DNA from: Nostoc punctiforme PCC 73102
GTDB lineage: Bacteria; Cyanobacteriota; Cyanobacteriia; Cyanobacteriales; Nostocaceae
DNA: 32,000 nucleotides
Reading direction: 5' to 3'
NCBI RefSeq assembly: GCF_000020025.1
Contig: NC_010630.1
Location: 1 to 32,000 of the forward strand
A model generated the notes under the pieces. The model did no database searches and was not told the DNA's origin. It was given only the letters and a program-made list of their open reading frames with translations. The translations under genes were made by a program, and so were the position numbers. Of this stretch, positions 25,714-32,000 are shown in pieces; positions within the stretch are counted from its first letter, which is position 1; every line of letters begins with the position of its first letter.

Positions 25714-26257
25714 AAAGCAGTGATTGGAATACTACAATCAATATCACAGATATGAAGGTAAAAATTGGCTGCTGAATGACATTACTAACTTCTTCACCAC
25801 GTCCATACGCCGCAACCCCTTGATAAATAGAGAAGCAGAAATAACCGAATAAAACTATTGTCAAGGCGGTAAATAAAATCATTGGCAGACTAGTTAAGAC
25901 TGCATTAGTAATCGCTCCACCTGCTGAGGCACTAGTAATTATACATTCCATTGCTTTTTGTGCATTAGAAAATATGGAATCTGCTCTAGCTGCCCTCGAT
26001 TGTAAACCAATTAAAAGCGTTGTAGTGACTGAAACAAGCTGCCAACGTACCTGAAAAAATATCTCCAATAAGCTTTTTGAACCTTTATTTTTTGTTGCTC
26101 TACTATCAGCACGTTCATCTGCTGATATAGATGCTTTGAGCCGAGCCAAAGTCAAAGGTAAGTGTTTTCTCTGCATAACAAAGACTAGGAAACTGCTTAA
26201 CTGTCCTAGAGCATCCACTTTTGGAAGAAAAATAATTATTTCGTACCATAAACCCAC
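25688..26257 (-). CDS. VirB2/TrbC-like pilin precursor candidate (more likely start ATG 26176, MQRKHL...)
   Basis: It is the first gene of the T4SS operon. A long basic leader ends in an A-x-A-like site (QSRAARA/DS). The mature part is about 95 aa with two hydrophobic helices (GGAITNAVLTSLPMILFTALTIVLFGYFCFSIY and IFTFISVILIVVFQSLLFG). These are separated by a short charged loop (GRGEE). Confidence 0.45.
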   Translation of the reverse strand: MGLWYEIIIFLPKVDALGQLSSFLVFVMQRKHLPLTLARLKASISADERADSRATKNKGSKSLLEIFFQVRWQLVSVTTTLLIGLQSRAARADSIFSNAQKAMECIITSASAGGAITNAVLTSLPMILFTALTIVLFGYFCFSIYQGVAAYGRGEEVSNVIQQPIFTFISVILIVVFQSLLFGNNTACN

Positions 26258-26470
26258 TATATGGGTTGTCTAAAAAAGTCTATCTGCCAAAACTGAATGC
26301 TCACAACTGTCCTTTGCCAAAAAGACACACTTTAATTACTAGGAATAAATCTGATTTCCTGTCAAAATCAATTATTTTGCAAAGGAACAATAAAAAAACT
26401 CTAGTACAACTAACTAGAACCAAACCAGTTTTGTAAATTTAATTCAAATTTCTATATACTTTTTTACTAT

Positions 26471-26475
26471 TAAAC
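26471..26475. repeat. Left copy of the 5-bp target-site duplication TAAAC
   Basis: It is identical to 31300-31304 and immediately abuts the terminal inverted repeat. Confidence 0.8.
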
Positions 26476-26524
26476 GGGGTAAATATAGCGAAGCTGTCAC
26501 CAGGGGCAAGATAGGCTGAAAGTA
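26476..26524. repeat. Left terminal inverted repeat (IRL) of the Tn3-family element
   Basis: ggggtaaatatagcgaagctgtcaccaggggcaagataggctgaaagta is the exact reverse complement of 31251-31299. Confidence 0.9.
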
Positions 26525-26556
26525 TTGTGGAGTCTGGGTTTGAGAAAAAGAGTTGA

Positions 26557-27024
26557 TTATTGGATTTTAGCGGTTTTGACAGGCGTTTTATAAGCACAGC
26601 CACAAATTGGACAAAATCGGTGTCTCAAAGACAACACCAACTCACCGCAATTCGCACAGTTAGCTCGAATCGGTGTACCGCAGAGATAACAAAACTTGGC
26701 TTTGATATGACTCCACATAGGGTCAACCGCCGCGCCAGGATTCCAACATTGGGGACAAAACTTAACCCCTCTAACCTGAGATACTTCCTCACCCTTGATC
26801 ACAGCATCAAAATATTCTTGAGGTACGCCAAGTGCGATCGCTAACCCTTGAAGTGTCCTACGATTAATTTTAAGCGTAAGTCCTCGCTCGATTTTCCCGA
26901 CAGAGCGTCCATGTATACCAGCAGCATCCGCCAACTCAGACTGAGTTAAATTGAGTTTCTTCCTGACCCGTGACACGTAACTAGCAAGGGATTCATCGCT
27001 ATTGGGAGTTTTAAAAGTATCCAT
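26557..27024 (-). CDS. XRE-family HTH protein fused to a C-terminal double zinc ribbon (four CxxC pairs); transposon passenger or regulator
   Basis: The HTH_3 pattern is LNLTQSELADAAGIHGRSVGKIERG. The C-terminus carries CPQC...CYLC...CANC...CPIC. Confidence 0.75.
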   Translation of the reverse strand: MDTFKTPNSDESLASYVSRVRKKLNLTQSELADAAGIHGRSVGKIERGLTLKINRRTLQGLAIALGVPQEYFDAVIKGEEVSQVRGVKFCPQCWNPGAAVDPMWSHIKAKFCYLCGTPIRANCANCGELVLSLRHRFCPICGCAYKTPVKTAKIQ

Positions 27025-27101
27025 AAAAAGCTCAGGGCTAACTCATAAAAAGATATATAATTTATCAATAAAAAACCAAGCGAGAGAATACAGAAACAAC
27101 C

Positions 27102-28016
27102 GTGAAATCGGCTGTAACTTTAGCCACTGTCACGACCGAATTTCTAGAGCGTCCTGGTCTAGCACCAAGTACTAGAGAAACCTATGAACTGACCCTCGGA
27201 CTTTTACTGCAAAAGTATGGAAGTTGGTCAATAGAAATTATCAGTAAGCAAACATTAGTTGAGTATCTAAATAATCTCAGTCATTTAAAATACACAACAC
27301 ACCACAAGCATCAAGCAATATTACAAAGTTTGCTTAACTTTGCAGTAGAACAAGGGTATATAAAATCCAACCCTATCCGGGGACTAAAACAACGTCTACC
27401 TGAAAGAGAGAAAGGCGAACATAAAAGCGACGAGACAATAAGATATCTAACACAATCACAACTAAATATACTATATTCTGCCGTAAAAGATGACTTACGT
27501 CTAAGTACGATAGTTCATTTACTGCATCGCACAGGATGCAGAATAGGAGAGCTTTTAGCCCTAAACATAGATTCTGTAGATATCAAGAACCAGAAATTTC
27601 AAGTATTAGGTAAAGGCAACAAACAACGCTGGTGTTTTTACAGTGATGACGCAGCCTCAATGCTTGCTAAATACTTGAAATACTCACGGCATCAAAATAC
27701 GAATGCCTTGTTTACAGCACAACATCCAGTTACCCGAAAAGTAAGTAGAATCAGCTACCATACATTGCATGATTATTGGCGGGAGACAACCAATAAGTAT
27801 CCACACCTTCAAGGAGTTCGCATTCACGATTTACGACATACATTTGCTACAGAACGAGTGGGGTTAATCAGTATTGAGGAATTATGCTCATTAATGGGAC
27901 ATGAAAGCATTCAAACAACTTTACGTTACGCTAAAGTCACCTCACAGAAATCAGAATCAGCTGCACGTCATGCCTTGAATATACTGATTAATTCCGACCA
28001 AAAAGCTGACCTTTAG
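27102..28016 (+). CDS. Tyrosine site-specific recombinase, probably the transposon cointegrate resolvase (TnpI-like)
   Basis: HRTGCRIGELLAL carries Arg I, HDLRHTFAT is the HxxR box, and GHESIQTTLRYAKV carries the catalytic Tyr. It uses a GTG start. It lies immediately upstream of and co-directional with tnpA, as in Tn4430/Tn5401. Confidence 0.8.
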   Translation: MKSAVTLATVTTEFLERPGLAPSTRETYELTLGLLLQKYGSWSIEIISKQTLVEYLNNLSHLKYTTHHKHQAILQSLLNFAVEQGYIKSNPIRGLKQRLPEREKGEHKSDETIRYLTQSQLNILYSAVKDDLRLSTIVHLLHRTGCRIGELLALNIDSVDIKNQKFQVLGKGNKQRWCFYSDDAASMLAKYLKYSRHQNTNALFTAQHPVTRKVSRISYHTLHDYWRETTNKYPHLQGVRIHDLRHTFATERVGLISIEELCSLMGHESIQTTLRYAKVTSQKSESAARHALNILINSDQKADL

Positions 28017-28137
28017 GGCAATTATATAGAATCACTCAGTTCCAGTATGTTTTTCATCGAGAAACAGCATTTTATCTCAGTTAAAGATTGTTACCCCAAA
28101 GAAGATAGAATACTGTTTGGTTGAAGAGTGAGACTTA

Positions 28138-31100
28138 ATGAAAAAAACCTGGCAGCCAGAAGAATTAGTAGAGTATTGGACGCTACTCCCTCTTGAATTA
28201 GCACTACTGAATCAGAAAAACGACGAAAATCGGTTAGGTTTTGCTATATTGCTCAAGTTTTTTGAGATTTATGCCAGATTTCCTGAGAATAATCAAGAAA
28301 TCTCCCAAAATGTTGTTGATTATGTTGCCAAACTTTTAGATATTTCCCCCCAAAAGTACTCTTACTACGATTGGCAAGGACGCTCCATAAAATATCATCG
28401 CGCTCAAATTAGAGAATTCTTTGGATTTCAAGAAACCAAAGTTAGTGATGCTTTTGAGTTAACTAATTGGTTAGCAGAACAAGCACTAATTTATGAGTTA
28501 AAATTTGAACAGCTAAAACTTGCAGCAGTAGCGAGACTACGGAATTTAAAACTTGAACCACCGACAGATTCCAGATTAGAACGTATCATTCGCTCTGCTA
28601 TCAGAAATTTTGAATCTAAATTTTTTCGGGACATAACTTCCCAACTATCTAACCAATCTAAAAAGTGGATAAATGATTTTTTGAAAGAGAAAGCTTCCGA
28701 TCAGGAATTAGATGATACCACACAAACAAATCATGATAAACAACTGAATAATCCAGGAGATATCCAATTATCTCAACAGTTAGATGACACGAATAACTCA
28801 GAAATAAACACTGAAGTGACTAGATTAACATGGGCTGAATTAAAAAAAGACCCAGGGAGAATTGGTGTAGAGAAGTTTTCAAAAGGAAGTTGCTAAATTA
28901 GAGATTTTTGAGCAATTAGAATTACCAACAGACTTATTTAAAAACATCTCTACCAAAGTTCTCCAAGTCTATAAAAGTCGGGTAATTGTTGAACATCCTC
29001 GTGACTTACGCCGTCACCCAGAACATATTCGCTACACACTATTTACAGCTTTTTGTTGGCTCAGAAGTCAAGAAGTTATAGATAATTTAGTAGAGTTACT
29101 CATTCAGATTGTCCATCGCATAGGTGTGAATGCAGAAAAACGTGTAGATAAAGAGCTTATTCAGGATTTTAAACGGGTTCATGGGAAGAATAATCTACTA
29201 TACCAAATGGCAGAAGCTTCCTTGAAAACACCTGATGGCACAGTCAAGGATGTGATTTTTCCTGTAGTAAGTGAAGTGACTCTCAAGAATTTAGTGAAAG
29301 AGTATAAATCTACAGGGAATGCTTACCGTGAGAAAGTTTATACGGTGATGCGCTCTTCTTATGGTGGATATTATCGGCGAATTTTACCGTTAATTTTAAA
29401 CAAGCTCGAATTTCGTTCAAATAATGAAGTTCATCGTCCAGTTATTCAAGCGATATCTTTACTAAAAAAGTATGCTGATAGTAAACAGCGTTATTATGAT
29501 GCTGGAGAAGATATACCCATTGAGGGGGTATTACGTAGTGGTTGGCAAGAAATTATATTAGAGACGGGAGCAGACGATGAAATCAAAGTTAATCGCATTA
29601 ATTATGAGTTGAGCGTGCTGCAAGCATTGAGAGAAAAGCTGAGATGCAAGGAAATATGGGTTGTAGGAGCTAATCGTTACAGAAACCCTGAAGAAGATTT
29701 ACCTGCTGATTTTGAGGCGCAAAGATTAGAATATTTCCAAGCTTTGAAACAACCATCCGATGTAGAAGTCTTTATTGCTAATTTACAGCAATCTTTGGAG
29801 CAATCATTAACTTTACTGGATAAAGGAATACCTAAAAATAGTTTAGTCACACTTAAAACGACAGGCAAAAGTCGAATTTGTGTTTCTCCTCTGAATCCTC
29901 AAAATGAACCGACTAATTTGACTAGGTTGAAAACTGAAATTACTAGGCGTTGGCGCATGACTAGCCTCTTAGATATTCTGAAAGAGACTGATTTGCGAGT
30001 TAAGTTTAGCCAACACTTTCAGAGTGTATCAACACGAGAGGTTTTAGGCGAATATACTTTACAAAAACGCTTGCTACTTTGTTTATATGGTTTAGGAACG
30101 AATACTGGATTAAAGCGTTTAAGTGATGAGATTAAAGGCGACAATTATCAAGATTTACTCCATGTTAAGCGTCATTTTATTCAGAAAGAACAATTACGTA
30201 ATGCTATTGCCTGTATTGCAAATGCAATTTTTACTGCCAGAATTTCTACTATTTGGGGAGAGGGTACAACCGCCTGTGCTTCTGACTCGAAAAAGTTTGG
30301 TGCTTGGGATCAAAACTTAATGACTGAGTGGCACATCCGTTATGGTGGAAGAGGTGTGATGATTTATTGGCACGTTGAGAAGAATTCTGTTTGTATTTAT
30401 TCACAGTTAAAAACTTGTTCTTCTTCTGAAGTGGCAGCCATGATTGAAGGATTATTACGCCACTGTACTGAGATGAAAGTGGAGACAAATTATGTGGATA
30501 GTCACGGTCAAAATGAAGTGGCTTTTGCTTTCTGTCATTTACTGGGTTTTCAGTTAATGCCGCGTCTTAAACGTATCAATGTTCAGAAATTATACCGTCC
30601 TTCAACTGGAAATAATGATGCTTATCCAAACTTGCAACCTATTTTAACTCGCGCTATTAATTGGGATTTAATTCGCCAACAATACGACCAAATGGTGAAG
30701 TATGCTACTGCTTTGCGTTTGGGTATGGCAGAAACTGAAGCCATCTTAAAGCGTTTTACTAGGGGTAATTTATTACACCCTACTTATCAAGCCTTGGCGG
30801 AATTGGGCAAGGCTGTAAAAACTATATTTTTATGTAAATACCTGCATTCGGTTGAACTGCGACAAGAGATAAATGCTGGACTCAACGTGGTGGAGAACTG
30901 GAATAGTGCTAACAGTTTTATTTTTTACGGCAAGGGTGGGGAGATTGCTACTAATCGTTTGTCTGACCAAGAATTAGCTGTGTTATCTCTGCATTTACTC
31001 CAGATATCTTTGGTATATATAAATACGTTGATGATTCAGGAGGTTTTGTCCCAACCACAATGGATGAAGTTGATGAAGTTGGAGGATTTGCGGGCGCTTT

Positions 31101-31183
31101 CGCCTTTAATTTGGGGTCACGTTAATCCCTATGGTACTTTTCGTTTGGATCTTAATGTCAGGTTGCCAATTGAGACGGGGTAA
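28138..31183 (+). pseudogene. tnpA: Tn3-family transposase TnpA interrupted by a single +1 frame change between 28871 and 28893 (ORFs 28138-28896 and 28871/29126-31183)
   Basis: The N-terminus W..EEL..YWTL...NRLGFAILLKFFEIYARFP is DUF4158-like. The second frame opens at 28871 and reads [24 protein letters not shown]..., continuous with ORF 29126-31183. The DDE core blocks are [40 protein letters not shown] and [21 protein letters not shown]. Confidence 0.85.
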
Positions 31184-31250
31184 ATGTGTCTAAAAATACG
31201 CTTTGTTCGTATGTCTCTTAATCTTATAGTCTGAAAGTCATCCACCGCAG

Positions 31251-31299
31251 TACTTTCAGCCTATCTTGCCCCTGGTGACAGCTTCGCTATATTTACCCC
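31251..31299. repeat. Right terminal inverted repeat (IRR) of the Tn3-family element
   Basis: It is the exact reverse complement of 26476-26524. Confidence 0.9.
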
Positions 31300-31304
31300 T
31301 AAAC
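31300..31304. repeat. Right copy of the 5-bp target-site duplication TAAAC
   Basis: It is identical to 26471-26475. Confidence 0.8.
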
Positions 31305-31492
31305 CCGATTTTAGCAAGATTTTTATTACTATGAATAGTTGACAAAATATTTTACTTATGCGTAATTATTCAAAATTCCTTATTTCTTGTTATTTTTACA
31401 AACATAAATTTTCTTACAACTTTCTTTATCTATTTTTATAAAACCTCATTCAATGAGGATAAATATTGTTTTTTTGAGTGTTGAATATCTAT

Positions 31493-31527
31493 TTATGGCA
31501 TCAAAATAACTGGTTTTGATGCCATAA
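31493..31527. other. 14-bp perfect hairpin in the ORF-free AT-rich region
   Basis: ttatggcatcaaaa pairs with ttttgatgccataa around the 7-nt loop taactgg. Confidence 0.6.
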
Positions 31528-31848
31528 TGCCCATTTTTGGGACATAATTATCTTTTTTGGGACTAAAATGCGATAAAAGCTGGAATTAGTCACAACAACG
31601 CACCTATGGTTGCATTGTTAGACATCTTTAACCGCTTTTATGCTCTTGTTTATTCAGAATGGGACAATTTCTTTTTGTTAATTTTTTATAAAAATGGTTC
31701 ATAAATACAAAAATTTAAAGGCTTTATCTTAATGCCGATTGAGTAACATTTTCCGTAATACTACGTTTAGAGAAAAAAAACACCGCAAAAAACTTGCTTT
31801 GTATCTCCGTATATAGTACATTTGTTCTAAATATCCAGGTTCTAATTT

Positions 31849-31871
31849 CCCCACTTAATTGTGGGGTTTTT
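31849..31871 (+). terminator. Canonical intrinsic terminator with no upstream ORF (orphan; possible sRNA 3' end)
   Basis: The GC stem ccccac / gtgggg has the 6-nt loop ttaatt and is followed by TTTTT. Confidence 0.6.
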
Positions 31872-32000
31872 ATTGAGTTTTTGCAGTTAAGTCAATCATT
31901 TTTAATCAAAAGCCTGCACGATCGCAAATTCTATAGCCTGTAGTCATGTCTGCTTTGTTTTAAACGCTCTGCCATCTCTAGGGCAGAGGGGTTACTTGCC

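Larger units (their letters stand above)
26476..31299. mobile_element. Tn3-family transposon, 4824 bp: IRL, XRE/zinc-ribbon gene (-), tyrosine recombinase (+), frameshifted tnpA (+), IRR
   Basis: The terminal inverted repeats are 49 bp, perfect and start GGGG. It is flanked by a 5-bp direct duplication. It encodes a Tn3-type transposase (DUF4158 N-terminus plus DDE_Tnp_Tn3 core). Confidence 0.9.

Noticed and set aside
26560-30488. ORFs 26560-26844 (+), 29677-29868 (-), 30123-30320 (+) and 30249-30488 (-) inside the transposon
   Set aside because: They are antisense or out of frame relative to the XRE gene and tnpA. No independent support exists.
31368-31700. Short ORFs in the AT-rich region (for example a 27-codon MRNYSKFLISCYFYKHKFSYNFLYLFL and a 32-codon MVALLDIFNRFYALVYSEWDNFFLLIFYKNGS)
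   Set aside because: They have no SD and an AT-driven F/Y/L/N/K composition, and such lengths are expected by chance. They cannot be supported as genes from sequence alone.

Overview
No homology search was run; every family call below rests on motifs and architecture I recognise by eye. The window reads as a conjugative plasmid or ICE segment from a filamentous or other HIP1-rich cyanobacterium. The evidence for that host is AT-rich sequence with at least 10 exact GCGATCGC (HIP1) palindromes.

Layout, left to right:
1. 1-1905: an IS graveyard. It holds a DDE transposase split at an A8 run, plus two IS5/IS1182-type transposase remnants.
2. 1944-3610: a putative leading-region island. It holds a small RHH regulator with two perfect palindromic operators, an ArdA-type antirestriction gene, and a small acidic ORF.
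3. 3644-6700: a minus-strand operon. It is headed by an actin-like (ParM-type) ATPase and a small adaptor-like ORF, and preceded by two arrays of six tandem 11-bp iterons (parC-like).
4. 6846-11704: a small coupled ORF followed by a 1472-aa relaxase. The relaxase combines a MOBF (TrwC/TraI-type) domain, a RecD/TraA-type helicase, a DUF3854/Toprim-like module and a Q-rich coiled coil.
5. 11943-26257: a 14-kb co-directional minus-strand operon for a divergent type IV secretion apparatus. It contains a VirB2-like pilin candidate, a VirB3-VirB4 fusion ATPase, VirB6/8/10/9-like proteins, a VirD4/TraG coupling protein and several unassignable ORFs.
6. 26476-31299: a precisely delimited Tn3-family transposon. 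It has 49-bp perfect terminal inverted repeats and a 5-bp TAAAC target duplication. It carries an XRE-HTH/double zinc-ribbon gene, a TnpI-like tyrosine recombinase and a frameshifted tnpA.
7. 31305-32000: an ORF-free AT-rich region with strong hairpins and an orphan intrinsic terminator.

No rRNA, tRNA or CRISPR array was seen.
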